NCBI GenBank assembly: GCA_963733035.1
Contig: CAVTBU010000005.1
Coordinates: forward strand, 2,368,001 to 2,432,000
DNA from: Pirellulales bacterium
Lineage (GTDB): Bacteria > Planctomycetota > Planctomycetia > Pirellulales > PALSA-1355
Length of the DNA: 64,000 bases
Reading direction: 5' to 3'
The notes beneath the pieces are model-generated. The model had not been told where the DNA came from. It was given only the letters and a program-made list of their open reading frames with translations, and made no database searches. Shown one piece after another: positions 1 through 10,664 of this stretch; the stretch's first letter is position 1; each line of letters opens with the position of its first letter. A program made the translations under genes and the position numbers.

Positions 1-106
1 TAACGATAGGTTGACCGTGCCATCGGAGCAGTGAGCACGGCCGAGTCCGCTGGGACGATCGAGTTTTCAGGCGACAACTCAAGCGCTATTGCGGAGGGCA
101 AGAGGC

Positions 107-3100
107 ATGGCAATTCCATTTCGTTGGTCGCGGTTGCGCCGCAGGGGTCGCTCAGCGCGCCGATCGTCGGCCGCGGCTAGCAACCGCCTAGGCCTGAGCG
201 GCGAAATGCTCGAAGAGCGCCGTCTGCTGACGATCACCCCGGCGCTGCTGGCGGACATCAACACGGACTCATCGCTCAATATTGAAGGCACGCCGTCCGT
301 GGACGAATCGGGGCTGATCTTCTTTGGGGACAATTTCGGTGATCTCTGGCGCACCGACGGTACTCCGCAGGGCACATTCTTCGTGTCACACCCGAACATC
401 GGATTCTTCTCTGACCCGACAAGCATAGGGAATACAACGTTCTTTTGGTCTGGCTTTAGCGGAAACGAAATTTGGGTCAGCGACGGCACCTATGCCGGAA
501 CAAAGTCGATTGCCACGTTTCAACTTGGCGTCCAACCAAGCACGATTTTCGACGTCGCCGGGACCGCGTACTTCGTTGCGTCCGATGGAACGCATGGCCA
601 GGAACTCTGGAAAAGCGACGGCACCAGTAGCGGCACGGTCATGGTCGCCGACATCAATCCCGGCTCCGCCAGTTCGGGAATCGCGAACCTGACCAACGCC
701 GACGGCACCCTGTTCTTTACGGCCGACGACGGCGTGCACGGACAGGAGCTCTGGAAAGTCGGCGCCGACGGCACGCCGACGATCTTCGACGTCAATCCGG
801 GGTCGGCCACTTCACAAACGGCCAATCTCAAGGACGTCAACGGAACGCTGTTCTTTACGGCTTATAGCGCGCAGGCCGGCTTCGGCCTGTGGAAAGTCGA
901 GCCGGGGGCGCAAGCCGCCCAGCAGGTTAAGGGGTTCATCTCGCAACCCTCCCTCACTGAGTTCGACCTGACCAATGTCGACGGCACGCTGTTTTTTGGC
1001 GCGGTTTCAACCTATGGCGGACCCCAACAACTCTGGAAAAGCGATGGCACTGCGGCGGGGACGCAAGCCATCCCTGGCGGCTATACGCTTCCCAGCGGTT
1101 TTGACCAGTTGAAAATGGCAAGTGTGGGAGGGTGGCTCTACTTTTTCTCGACTGATTCCTCGAGTGGCAACGAGATGGCTTCCCTCTGGAAGACCGATGG
1201 TACGCCAGAAAACACGGTGCAGGTGCGAGGCGGTTTTCAGGGTGGGGTCGACTATATTTATGGCGGGGGCAACGGTCACCTAACCGCCGTTGGCAACCTG
1301 CTGATGTTCGGTGCCAACAACGGCACCGGCGGGGAGGAACTTTGGAAGAGCGATGGTACCACCGCGGGGACAGTGCTGGTGAACAACAATGGGACTCAAT
1401 TCTTCGGCAATTCTGGAACTGTCGTGGGAAGCACGCTGTATTTTGAGGCGGCCGATTCGACGCACCACACCGAGGTCTGGCGGAGCGATGGCACCACCGC
1501 CGGCACCCAGATGCTGACCAGATTTGCGCAGCACACCGACTCAAGCACCAATGGGTATGGAGCGGCCGTCGTCCCAGGAAACGACGTCGCGTACTTTACC
1601 ACTTACGCTCACGACAACAGCCACCCTCAGCTTTGGAAAACCGACGGCACCACGGCCGGAACCGTCCCTGTCAAAGACAACTTCTATCAAATTGAAGGCA
1701 GCGGGTTCGGAATCAATTCTCACATGCTGACGGTCGGTAACTGGCTCTACTTCTCTGCAAGCGATGGCGTCAACGGCGATGAGCTATGGCGCAGCGACGG
1801 CACCCAGACCGGAACTCAACTCGTGGCAGACATCACCCCCGGTAGCGGCGGTTCGTACCCTCGTGGCCTGACTTGGTTTGGTGGCAAACTGTTCTTCGAT
1901 GCTGGACCGTTGGGACAACCTTCTCTCCTGTACACCAGTGATGGAACCGCCGCCGGAACCCACGCGCTTGCTCCGGATAAACTTGGCAGCTCTGCTTTTG
2001 CGATGCTCCCGATGGGCGATTCATTGTACTTCACCGCCAAACCGATCGGCAGCAACACACTTGAACTTTGGAAAACCGACGGGACCTCCGAAGGAACCGT
2101 ACTGGTCAGAGACATCTCGGCGGAAAATCTCATCAATGTAAACGGAACGTTGTACTTTGTGGGCAAAGATCCCAGCAATGACACGGGATCTGAACTCTGG
2201 AAGAGCGATGGGACGACCGCCGGAACGGTGCAGTTAAAGGACATCAATCCCAGCTTCACTTCCCCTGGCGTACCCGCCAGTTCGTTTCCCAGCGCGTTTA
2301 CCAACGTCGACGGCACGCTGTTCTTCTCAGCCGACGACGGAGTGCACGGGCCGGAACTCTGGAAGAGCGACGGTACCGCGGATGGAACGGTACTGGTCAA
2401 AGACATCCGCCCCTCGGCACTGGATGGCACGGCCTCTTTAACCGATCTGACCGCCGTCGGAAATCAGTTGTTTTTCACGATCGACGACGGGGTTCATGGC
2501 CGCGAACTCTGGAAGAGCGACGGCACCGGCGCCGGAACCACGCTCGTCAAGGACCTCATGCCAGGCAGCGCCACGTCGTCCATCAGCAATCTGATCAACG
2601 TGAACGGGCGGTTGTTTTTCACGGGCACCGATGGCGTACACTACGGCCTGTGGATGAGCGACGGCTACCCGCAGGGAACCGTCTTTGTCAGTGACATCCC
2701 AATCGACATCATTCGGGGCGGAGGGGCCGCAAACTTTACCGTCGCCCTCAATCGGTTGTTCTTTACGATGGACGACAGCGTTCATGGTATGGAAAACTGG
2801 ACCATCGCGCCGCCACCCGTGCCGCAACTTTTCTACAACAACTCGCACTTTGACGGTAACAACCCAGCCGCCACGGCCGACGACGATGCGGCCCTTGCTT
2901 CGGACAAAACGGCCTACCTGCCCGGCGGCGGCCTGGCCGGCTTCAACAACATCAGCAGCAGCCCCCAGGGCATCAACGGCCTGGCCCTCGACTTTGCCGG
3001 CTCGCACCCCGACATCACGGCCGCCGACTTCACGTTCAAGGTCGGCACCAGCAATGCACCCGACAGCTGGTCGGATGCGCCGCCCCCAAGCGTGGTTTCG

Positions 3101-3805
3101 GTGCGGGCGGGCGCCGGCGACGGCGGCGGAGACCGCGTGGAGCTGGTCTGGCCCGACGGAGCCATCAAAAACACCTGGCTGCAAGTGACCGTGGCCGCCA
3201 ACAGCCGCACGGGTCTGACCGATCCGTTTGTCTTCTACTTCGGCAATCGCGTCGGCGATACCGGCACGGCCGATCCGTCGACGTTCGCGCTATCCAGCGC
3301 CGCCGATCAAATCGAAATTCGCACGCACTCCGGTAGCGACCAGCCGATCACGAGTCCTTACGACATCAACCGCGATGGAGCCGTCGACGGCACTGATGAA
3401 TCCATCGCCCGGCAAAACCCCGGCTTCCTGCCGATGCTCAACCTGCCCGTCGCGGCCCAAACGCCGCTGGCCGCGCCATCGGCGGCAACGGCAGTGGCGG
3501 TCGACTTTTCGGCCGCAACTTTGGGCGGGTCCAACGTAGTCGGCGAGGCCAGCGATCTAGCCGCGGGGCAAGCAGTCGCTTCGGCATTGGCGCAGGCGTT
3601 TACCGACGATGAGCTACTGGAGCCGGTCGATGTTTCCGCCGTAGCACCGCCGGTCGCGGCACTGGCGAAGCCGCCGCAGGAGCAAGCCGTTGCGCAAGTC
3701 TTGGACGCCTCGGCTGCCGCACTGGCGGAACTCGACATCACGCTGGGAGACAGCGATACCAATTCCCAGGGCGACGATTCGTTCGACTCGCCATCGTTGT
3801 CCTGA
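107..3805 (+). CDS. Large extracellular ELWxxDGT-repeat protein with planctomycete LEPR-XLL-type N-terminus and C-terminal dockerin/EF-hand-like segment
   Basis: About 17 (E/Q/S)LW(K/R)(S/T)DGT repeats; N-terminal EMLEERRLL motif after an Arg-rich leader; YDINRDGAVD near the C-terminus; ATG at 107 follows GGAGGG/AGAGG. Confidence 0.9.
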   Translation: MAIPFRWSRLRRRGRSARRSSAAASNRLGLSGEMLEERRLLTITPALLADINTDSSLNIEGTPSVDESGLIFFGDNFGDLWRTDGTPQGTFFVSHPNIGFFSDPTSIGNTTFFWSGFSGNEIWVSDGTYAGTKSIATFQLGVQPSTIFDVAGTAYFVASDGTHGQELWKSDGTSSGTVMVADINPGSASSGIANLTNADGTLFFTADDGVHGQELWKVGADGTPTIFDVNPGSATSQTANLKDVNGTLFFTAYSAQAGFGLWKVEPGAQAAQQVKGFISQPSLTEFDLTNVDGTLFFGAVSTYGGPQQLWKSDGTAAGTQAIPGGYTLPSGFDQLKMASVGGWLYFFSTDSSSGNEMASLWKTDGTPENTVQVRGGFQGGVDYIYGGGNGHLTAVGNLLMFGANNGTGGEELWKSDGTTAGTVLVNNNGTQFFGNSGTVVGSTLYFEAADSTHHTEVWRSDGTTAGTQMLTRFAQHTDSSTNGYGAAVVPGNDVAYFTTYAHDNSHPQLWKTDGTTAGTVPVKDNFYQIEGSGFGINSHMLTVGNWLYFSASDGVNGDELWRSDGTQTGTQLVADITPGSGGSYPRGLTWFGGKLFFDAGPLGQPSLLYTSDGTAAGTHALAPDKLGSSAFAMLPMGDSLYFTAKPIGSNTLELWKTDGTSEGTVLVRDISAENLINVNGTLYFVGKDPSNDTGSELWKSDGTTAGTVQLKDINPSFTSPGVPASSFPSAFTNVDGTLFFSADDGVHGPELWKSDGTADGTVLVKDIRPSALDGTASLTDLTAVGNQLFFTIDDGVHGRELWKSDGTGAGTTLVKDLMPGSATSSISNLINVNGRLFFTGTDGVHYGLWMSDGYPQGTVFVSDIPIDIIRGGGAANFTVALNRLFFTMDDSVHGMENWTIAPPPVPQLFYNNSHFDGNNPAATADDDAALASDKTAYLPGGGLAGFNNISSSPQGINGLALDFAGSHPDITAADFTFKVGTSNAPDSWSDAPPPSVVSVRAGAGDGGGDRVELVWPDGAIKNTWLQVTVAANSRTGLTDPFVFYFGNRVGDTGTADPSTFALSSAADQIEIRTHSGSDQPITSPYDINRDGAVDGTDESIARQNPGFLPMLNLPVAAQTPLAAPSAATAVAVDFSAATLGGSNVVGEASDLAAGQAVASALAQAFTDDELLEPVDVSAVAPPVAALAKPPQEQAVAQVLDASAAALAELDITLGDSDTNSQGDDSFDSPSLS

Positions 3806-3816
3806 CCGCCCGCCCG

Positions 3817-4932
3817 TTACGACTCGTCGGGCGAAGACATGCCGGGCGTGGGATCGCGGCGCCACCAATGGTGGCCGGGCGCGGTGTAGCAGAAGTGGAT
3901 TTCCGAACTCTGGCCGTTGAGCATCGCTCCTTGCCGCACGCCGGGCAGGAAATCGATTTCGAAGATCTCCTCGCAACCGCTCGTGAAGCGAAACATCGCC
4001 GCCGGCTGACCCGTGCGCAGGTCGACGACCGCCAAACCGCACATCAATTCGTCGAACTTCGCGGCGATCGGCAAGCCGCCAAAGATGTGCTGCTCGCGAA
4101 TCAGGCACATGCCCACCACGGCATACGGCCCCAAAAAACAGAGCCCCCGCACGTAGCCCGGCAGCGTGCACACCACTTCCAACGTTCCCTTGGCCGGATT
4201 GACGTAACCGAGTTGTCCGTGCCCCGAGTTGAGCACCCACAATCGGTTGTCGTACCACCGCGGCGTATGCGGCATCGCCAGCCCGCGGGCCACGACCTGC
4301 CCGTCGGGCACACCCAGCACGACGCCGCCGGTGACTTTATCGGCGCGCCAACCGCCGGCCGTATTGGTGGTGCCGAGGCACGTGACAAACCGCGGCTCGC
4401 CGTCGACCATCGCCATGCCGTTCATGTGGCAGCGGTCCTCGGGCGCCAGGTCGGTAATGAACGGCGGCTGCCATTGCGGAACGAAGTGATAGTCTTCCGA
4501 GAGCGAAGCCAGGCAACTGAACCGGGTGTTAACGACCCACAAGCCAGACTTGCCGAAGGCCAATCCATGCACGGCCACCTCGCCGATGCGATAGGCCACG
4601 CGCGGCAAATAGAGCGCATCGTAGTGGAGGTTGTCTCCCAATTGCAGATCGGGCGCCAGGGCCGGGGCATTGTGCAACAGCACCACTTCCTCGAGCGTCC
4701 CGACGGCCATCCGCTGCCCCTGCACGGCCATGCCCATTGGCCGCGGGAAATCGCGCCAGTGCAGCCGAATGCCGCTGCCATCCCATCCCAGCAGCGCGAT
4801 CTTGCCGGCCTGATAACAGGTGACCACCAACGAACCACCCAGCTCCGCCAGCCAAGGCCCGAAAGTGTCGGTGTAGGCGCAGGTGATCCCGACCGATTCG
4901 GGCGGAGGAGACGAGGAATCGTTGGAGGCCAT
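3817..4932 (-). CDS. TIGR03032 (DUF4915) family protein
   Basis: Motifs YQAGK, FPRPMG, VNTRFSCL, WQPPFI, PEDRCHMNG, GLAMPHTPRW, LPGYVRGL; start uncertain (4932 or upstream). Confidence 0.85.
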   Translation of the reverse strand: MASNDSSSPPPESVGITCAYTDTFGPWLAELGGSLVVTCYQAGKIALLGWDGSGIRLHWRDFPRPMGMAVQGQRMAVGTLEEVVLLHNAPALAPDLQLGDNLHYDALYLPRVAYRIGEVAVHGLAFGKSGLWVVNTRFSCLASLSEDYHFVPQWQPPFITDLAPEDRCHMNGMAMVDGEPRFVTCLGTTNTAGGWRADKVTGGVVLGVPDGQVVARGLAMPHTPRWYDNRLWVLNSGHGQLGYVNPAKGTLEVVCTLPGYVRGLCFLGPYAVVGMCLIREQHIFGGLPIAAKFDELMCGLAVVDLRTGQPAAMFRFTSGCEEIFEIDFLPGVRQGAMLNGQSSEIHFCYTAPGHHWWRRDPTPGMSSPDES

Positions 4933-5156
4933 CGCGTCACGAACCAAAACAAACAACGAAAAACAATCTCACGACAACACGGCGCGTCCCCGTCCAGAGA
5001 ATCGCACCAGCCGGCCGTGCACCGCCGCTACGAGCTAGTAAAGCATAGGCCCCCCCAAGCGATCGGGACGCCCCTTGCCGATCGATCTTAATCGGCCATG
5101 CGACTGTCGGGCAACCGCGCCAGCGCACCGGGGACAACGCGAACCCGTCAAGGCGA

Positions 5157-6737
5157 CTAGCGAATCGCTTTCTCCGATTTCATGAACTTCCGCCAGTCCA
5201 CCGGCACGTCATTCTCCAACTCGGATCCCGGCGTGCTGCGGCCGCGGGCGATAAGCTGCTCGAGCAGTGCCGTCATTTCGCTGGCGATCTCCGGTTGCCG
5301 TGCGTACTGGTTCCGTGTTTCGGCCAGATCGTCGTCCAGATTGTAGAGCTGTGCCGGCTGCCCATCGGGCTTGCTCGCCGAAAGCCGACTCCACGCGCCG
5401 CCTCCGCTGGGTCCGAACAGCATCTTCCACGCGCCGCGCCGCAGCGCGAACTGTCCCTGGGATCCTTGGCTCACGGCATGCTCGCGCACCGGCGCGCGGC
5501 TTCCTTTCAACAGCGGCAGCAGGCTGTAGCTGTCCGGCCCGGCATGCTCCGGCAGCTCGGCGCCGACGACGTCGGCCACCGTTGCCATCACGTCCGCCTG
5601 ATGCACGAGCTGGTCGCACACCGTGCCCGGCTCGACGATTCCCGGCCAACGCACGATGAATGCCACTCGATGCCCGCCCTCCCAGGCATCCCCCTTGTAG
5701 CCGCGCAGCGGACCACTCGGAAAATGTCCCTGGGCTTCCAAATGCTCGACGCCGACGTAGGGAGCGAAGCCGTTGTCGCTGGTAAAGACAACCAGCGTGT
5801 TGTCGGCCACGCCGCTCTCGCGCAGCGCCTCGAGCACACGGCCCACGACGTCGTCGGTCTCCAAAATTAAATCGGCCACCGCGCTGTCCAGCCCGCTCTT
5901 GCCGCGCCACGGCTCGGTGACGGCCAGCGGCGTGTGTGGCGAAGTGAGCGGCAGATAGAGAAAAAACGGCTGGCCGGTCGCAGCCCGCTCCTTGATATAG
6001 GCGCGGGCACGATCGGCCAACGTCGGCAGCACCTGCTCGAGCTGCCAACCCGCAAGCGCCGGTCCCGGCAAGCTTGCCAGATGATTCTCAAACAGTTCCT
6101 CCGGCAAGAACTCCGTCGGGATGCCGACGGTGCGGTCGTTCTCGATGAAACAATACGGCGGCCAGTTCGGCACGTCGGTGCCAAAGTACTCGTCGAACCC
6201 GCGCGTCGTGGGCCCTCCGGCGATCGGCCGCGAATAAACTTCGCGCCAGGCGTTCCGATGTCGATCGCTCACCGGCGGCACCTGGCCGCGCTCGGGCGCA
6301 AACAGCGCGCGCTGTTCATCCGGAATGTTCCAATCCCAGCCCAAATGCCACTTGCCGATGCAGGTGGTGTGATATCCCTCTCGTTTGAGCAGCCCAGCGA
6401 TCGTGAGTTGCTCCGGCGCGATCAGCGGGTGTTCCAGATACCGGACAATGCCGGCTTGCAACCGCGACCGCCAGTGATACCGGCCAGTGAGCAGCGTGTA
6501 TCGCGATGGCGAACAAACCCCCGAACTCGAGTGCGCGTCGGTAAACCGCATCCCCTCGGCCGCCAGTTGGTCGAAGTGCGGCGTGGGAAGCTTGCTGCGC
6601 GTCGGGTTGTAGCAGTGCACGTCGCCATAGCCCAGGTCGTCGGCCAAAATGACGACGACGTTTGGTCTCTTCGTGTCCTCGTTGGCCAATGCAAGAGGCG
6701 TCAGGAAACAGCTGGCGATCGCAAGAACGAAACGCAT
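5157..6737 (-). CDS. Arylsulfatase (formylglycine-dependent sulfatase), secreted
   Basis: Signal peptide; PNVVVILADDLGYGD, CSPSR (CxPxR), GKWHLG, SDNG, WEGGHRV. Confidence 0.95.
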   Translation of the reverse strand: MRFVLAIASCFLTPLALANEDTKRPNVVVILADDLGYGDVHCYNPTRSKLPTPHFDQLAAEGMRFTDAHSSSGVCSPSRYTLLTGRYHWRSRLQAGIVRYLEHPLIAPEQLTIAGLLKREGYHTTCIGKWHLGWDWNIPDEQRALFAPERGQVPPVSDRHRNAWREVYSRPIAGGPTTRGFDEYFGTDVPNWPPYCFIENDRTVGIPTEFLPEELFENHLASLPGPALAGWQLEQVLPTLADRARAYIKERAATGQPFFLYLPLTSPHTPLAVTEPWRGKSGLDSAVADLILETDDVVGRVLEALRESGVADNTLVVFTSDNGFAPYVGVEHLEAQGHFPSGPLRGYKGDAWEGGHRVAFIVRWPGIVEPGTVCDQLVHQADVMATVADVVGAELPEHAGPDSYSLLPLLKGSRAPVREHAVSQGSQGQFALRRGAWKMLFGPSGGGAWSRLSASKPDGQPAQLYNLDDDLAETRNQYARQPEIASEMTALLEQLIARGRSTPGSELENDVPVDWRKFMKSEKAIR

Positions 6738-7078
6738 TAAGCTACCTCGATGAATGGGCGTGAATCCGAAGAATCGCCGCGGCCATCGATTCTAAATGCA
6801 CGCGCGGCAGTCCGCCATGCGCGAACAACTGGCAAAAACTTCTTGACACCGGCGTACCCAGCCACTAGGGTACCCACACGGTTCCACCTCTACGAGTACG
6901 GGCTCGCTACTGCCACGATCTCTTTTGACCGTTGAGTTGCCATCGCGGCTGCAAATCGGTGTCTCAATTGCCGATTCCGATTTGCCGCGTTTCTGAGGCG
7001 ACTTACCTGCAGGTCGAATTGCTTCGTTGACCTCGCGTCTTGCCGCGCGGGTTTCTTTGCAACAGGAGTTCCCAACCC

Positions 7079-7783
7079 ATGCACCGGCAACACTGGACCG
7101 TATTCGTTTTGATTGCGTGCGGATCGCTGGCATTGGCTTCGCCTGAGTCCACGTTTGCGACGACGATCGACGTCGAGTTTTCGAATTTCACCGTGGGCGA
7201 TATGTTTCCCAACGCCAGCTTGCCCACCACGATTGTCGCCGATGGCGTCGACGTCGCCCTGTCAAAATACAACGGCTCTTCGGGCGCAAACGGCACGATT
7301 GTCGACATGCCGCTGTTTGGTTCGTCGAACAACGCATTGTTTCTGGCCGCCGATCTGCGCGCGGAGATTCTCTTGCCTGCGAATTCCAGCGGCGGGTTCT
7401 TTTACTTTCGTGACGACGGCGGATCGAACTTTCTCGAGATCAACGGTCAACTGCTCGCCTTTACCGATTCCGCGCTGGCCGGCGCGGGGAGCACCACATT
7501 GGGCGGAGTCACGGTTTACTCCAATGTACTCGACGACCCAATTCGTAGCGTTAAACTCGACGGCCTGATCCAATCGATTGCTTTTATCGGCCAGGAACTG
7601 ACGATCGACCGCGTGGAGCTCACGCTGGTTCCCGAACCGGCCACCAACTTGCTCGCCCTGGCTGGTACGTTCGTTTTGGCCATCACCTACGTCTCACGGA
7701 TGCGTCCGACGTGTGCGGCCGCGCACCACATCGACTGCGTTCTAAATTTGCCGGCGAACCGTGCGAACGGGCCGGGTCGCTAG
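7079..7783 (+). CDS. PEP-CTERM sorting-domain surface protein
   Basis: AGGAG RBS; signal peptide; C-terminal VPEP + hydrophobic helix + basic residues, followed by a ~25-aa tail. Confidence 0.8.
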   Translation: MHRQHWTVFVLIACGSLALASPESTFATTIDVEFSNFTVGDMFPNASLPTTIVADGVDVALSKYNGSSGANGTIVDMPLFGSSNNALFLAADLRAEILLPANSSGGFFYFRDDGGSNFLEINGQLLAFTDSALAGAGSTTLGGVTVYSNVLDDPIRSVKLDGLIQSIAFIGQELTIDRVELTLVPEPATNLLALAGTFVLAITYVSRMRPTCAAAHHIDCVLNLPANRANGPGR

Positions 7784-7889
7784 ACACGCGCGTGTGCCAT
7801 GCTACCATTTCTGGTAGACGGGGCCGGGGCCAGCGTCGCGCTTGAACCCCACGGAAAGGCCAAGCATCGTTCAAACCAGGAGTCGTTCC

Positions 7890-8078
7890 ATGTCTGAAAT
7901 TCAAATCACGCTTTCCGAGGCCGAACGTGACCTGTTGTCGCGGATGCTGGAAACCGCCCTGTCCGACAAGCGCGTCGAAGTCCGCCGCACCGAATTCTCT
8001 TCGAAAATGCACGACGAACTGCGCGGCGAGGAAGAGCTGATTCGCCAGCTGCGGGAAAAGCTGGGAGGTTCAGCATAG
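7890..8078 (+). CDS. Small helical hypothetical protein (62 aa)
   Basis: AGGAG RBS before ATG; charged amphipathic sequence; host-like codon use. Confidence 0.7.
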   Translation: MSEIQITLSEAERDLLSRMLETALSDKRVEVRRTEFSSKMHDELRGEEELIRQLREKLGGSA

Positions 8079-8279
8079 AGAGGACGCGGATTGGAATGTC
8101 GGACTGGGGCTCTCGATAAGCCGACGGCTCGCACGCCAAATGGCCGGTGAACTGTCGCTCGACAACCACCTTCCCGATGGCGCGTGCTTCGTGCTGACAC
8201 TGCCGATCGCAGCCGTCTCCGGCGACTCCGCCGCGTAAAGCGGCGTGTGAGCGTTTTCGATCATTCCCCCGTCGCTCGC

Positions 8280-8963
8280 TCAATCGCGCCGCCCGCTCAG
8301 CAGCGTTAGGTAGTACAGCAGGATCATGATCGACTGCAGCGTGGCGGCCACGTAGGTCCATGCCGCGGCATTCAGCACGGCGTTCACGTGGCCCATCTCC
8401 TCCTGCGGTACGATGCCGAGCTCGACCAGTTGGGCTTTGGCGCGGCTGCTGGCGTTGAACTCCACTGGCAGGTTCACCAGTTGGAAGAACACCACACAGG
8501 CAAACAGGCCCATCCCGATCCAGGCCAGGATGCCGAAATGCAAGAAGTAGCCAGCGATGATCATCAACACGCCGATGCCGCTGCCGAAACTGGCGGCCGG
8601 TACCGCGGCATTGCGGATCGTCAGCGGCGCATAGGAGTGGGCATGCTGCAAGGCGTGCCCGGCCTCGTGCGCCGCAATGCCGACCGACGCCAGCGTCCGC
8701 CCCTGGTAAACCTCGGGGCTCAACCGCAAAACGTGATCGCGGGGGTCGTAGTGGTCGGAAAGCTCGCCGGGAATTTGCTCGATTGCAACGTCCTGCAAAC
8801 CGGCCGAATCCAATATGTGCCGCGCGGCCGCGGCGCCACTCAAAGGCGCCGGCTGTTGACGGGCGGCGGCATAGGTCGCCTTGACGCGATACTGCGCCCA
8901 GAGGGCCAGCAGCAGCGCCGGGGCAATGTAGAGCAAATACCTGGGGTCAAAAAACCCAATCAT
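8280..8963 (-). CDS. Membrane zinc metallopeptidase (YugP / Zn_peptidase_2-like)
   Basis: GELSDHYDP, AAHEAGHALQ (HExxH), LPVEFNASSRA, AAAWTYVAA. Confidence 0.92.
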   Translation of the reverse strand: MIGFFDPRYLLYIAPALLLALWAQYRVKATYAAARQQPAPLSGAAAARHILDSAGLQDVAIEQIPGELSDHYDPRDHVLRLSPEVYQGRTLASVGIAAHEAGHALQHAHSYAPLTIRNAAVPAASFGSGIGVLMIIAGYFLHFGILAWIGMGLFACVVFFQLVNLPVEFNASSRAKAQLVELGIVPQEEMGHVNAVLNAAAWTYVAATLQSIMILLYYLTLLSGRRD

Positions 8964-9342
8964 CGTTCGATACCTTTCATGGCGCCAATTGCGCGCCTCT
9001 GGTTGCTCCCCAAACGGGAAGCACACGGGTTCTCTGTTAACATCAAAGTGTGCGGGCCTCGGCCGACTGTCTATTTCGTATTCGCCGCAAGGCCTGCGCG
9101 CTTGTTGTCATTCATTAATACGGACAGCGGCAAGGGCGGTTCTGGACCGATCCCCCGCCGACAGGTGGATCGCCCAGCAGAATCAGCACAAGCGATCTAT
9201 CTACCGTATTCTTCGTTTTTTATCCAAAACATTGCCAACGAATGCCGAAGAGCTTAAAACACAACGTTTGCGGCGAGTTTGCTTCCGACTTCGCCGCAGT
9301 GCCCGCCCCGCTCGGAATCGCCCGAACGAACTTCCCAGACGC

Positions 9343-10494
9343 ATGAGGCTGACGCAAGTGCAGACGTGTTCCCCTCGGTCGCAGACCGCCGCTGGTTTCC
9401 TGGCTTTGCTAATCGCGCTCGGCCCCGTCCTGACCAGCGGCTGCAGCAAGCCGCAACCGCAGGTCACCAAGGTTGAGATTCCCGACGAAGATGCCCTCCG
9501 CGAGCGGCTCGATAAGGCGATCACCTTCACCTACAAAAACCGCCACCTGAGCACCAAGGATCAGGCCGCCTGGCAAATCGTGCACGGGGCATTGGCCTAT
9601 GGACCTGACTTTGAAATCTACGCCGATGGCCAACTGAAGCCGGCCATCGCCTACCTGCTCGGCGGCGGCAAATTGCGTGGCTGGGACCTTCGCAAAGGGG
9701 ATCACGGCGTGATGGCCGTGCTCGACGCCGGCTCGAAGATGGGGCAGGGACATCCCGATCAGTGGCTTGGATACCTTTCGCAGTGCGGCCTGACGCTCGA
9801 CGACAAGGTGCAAGTCGGCGACGAAACGTTCACGGTGCGCGACATGCTCACGCAGGCCGAGTGGGATTTGTATGACGGCATGGAAGCAACCTGGACATTG
9901 ATGGCCTTCAGCACCTACTTGCCAATGGACGCCGAGTGGACGTCGAAGGACGGTCAGAAGTGGACCATCGACCGTCTGGCCCGGATGGAAGCCTCGCAAG
10001 ATCTGGCCGACAGCGCCTGCGGCGGCACTCACCGCATGTACGCCCTGACGACCGCCCTCAATCAATACCTGGCCGCAGGCGGCAAGATCGGCGACGACCC
10101 CAACGGCACCTGGGCGCTAGTCGATAAGAAAATCAAAGACACGGTGGCCGCGGCCCGCGAATTTCAGCAGCCCGATGGCAGCTTCTCGACGAACTACTTT
10201 TCGCGCGCCGCCCGCAGCGCCGAGATCAACGACCGCATCGCCACCAGCGGCCACGTGTTCGAGTTCTTGATGGTGGCGCTCGACGACGAGCAACTCAAGC
10301 AGCCCTGGGTCACCCGCGGAATGCTGCATCTGGTCGACTGCTTGGAAAAGACCCAGAAATTCGACCTTGAATGCAGCTCGCTCTACCACGCCGTGCACGG
10401 GCTGAAGCTCTACCGCGAGCGCATGTTCGGCCCGATGAAATCGCTCACGCCGGCGCCCGAACCAGCCGTTACGCAAGCCGCAGCGGCGAACTAG
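9343..10494 (+). CDS. Planctomycete-type lipoprotein of unknown function
   Basis: Lipobox LTSGC; motifs AWQIVHG, GQGHPDQWLGYL, ACGGTH, QQPDGSFS; the ORF extension to 8989 looks non-coding. Confidence 0.75.
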   Translation: MRLTQVQTCSPRSQTAAGFLALLIALGPVLTSGCSKPQPQVTKVEIPDEDALRERLDKAITFTYKNRHLSTKDQAAWQIVHGALAYGPDFEIYADGQLKPAIAYLLGGGKLRGWDLRKGDHGVMAVLDAGSKMGQGHPDQWLGYLSQCGLTLDDKVQVGDETFTVRDMLTQAEWDLYDGMEATWTLMAFSTYLPMDAEWTSKDGQKWTIDRLARMEASQDLADSACGGTHRMYALTTALNQYLAAGGKIGDDPNGTWALVDKKIKDTVAAAREFQQPDGSFSTNYFSRAARSAEINDRIATSGHVFEFLMVALDDEQLKQPWVTRGMLHLVDCLEKTQKFDLECSSLYHAVHGLKLYRERMFGPMKSLTPAPEPAVTQAAAAN

Positions 10495-10664
10495 GCATAT
10501 CCGACGAAGCCGTCGCACGTTTTTAGCCCGCGTCTGTCGATCACGACCCGCCAGTCGTCGCCCGATAGCGCCCCGGTACGGCGCGATATGGAACGCCGTG
10601 CGGTTCCATGCATTGATTGCCGCTTACCTCTCCGCAAAACCTCGCCCCGTGGTAGACTAAGCCC

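Noticed and set aside
590..2560. Recurring GAACTCTGGAAGAGCGA(C/T)GG nucleotide repeats as a possible CRISPR array or DGR
   Set aside because: They are in-frame codons of the ELWKSDG protein repeats, degenerate and irregularly spaced; no cas or reverse transcriptase genes
3868..5091. 407-aa plus-strand ORF
   Set aside because: Antisense to the TIGR03032 gene; no recognisable features
8989..9342. N-terminal 118-aa extension of the lipoprotein ORF
   Set aside because: Overlaps an A/T-rich divergent promoter region; the lipoprotein signal fits a start at 9343
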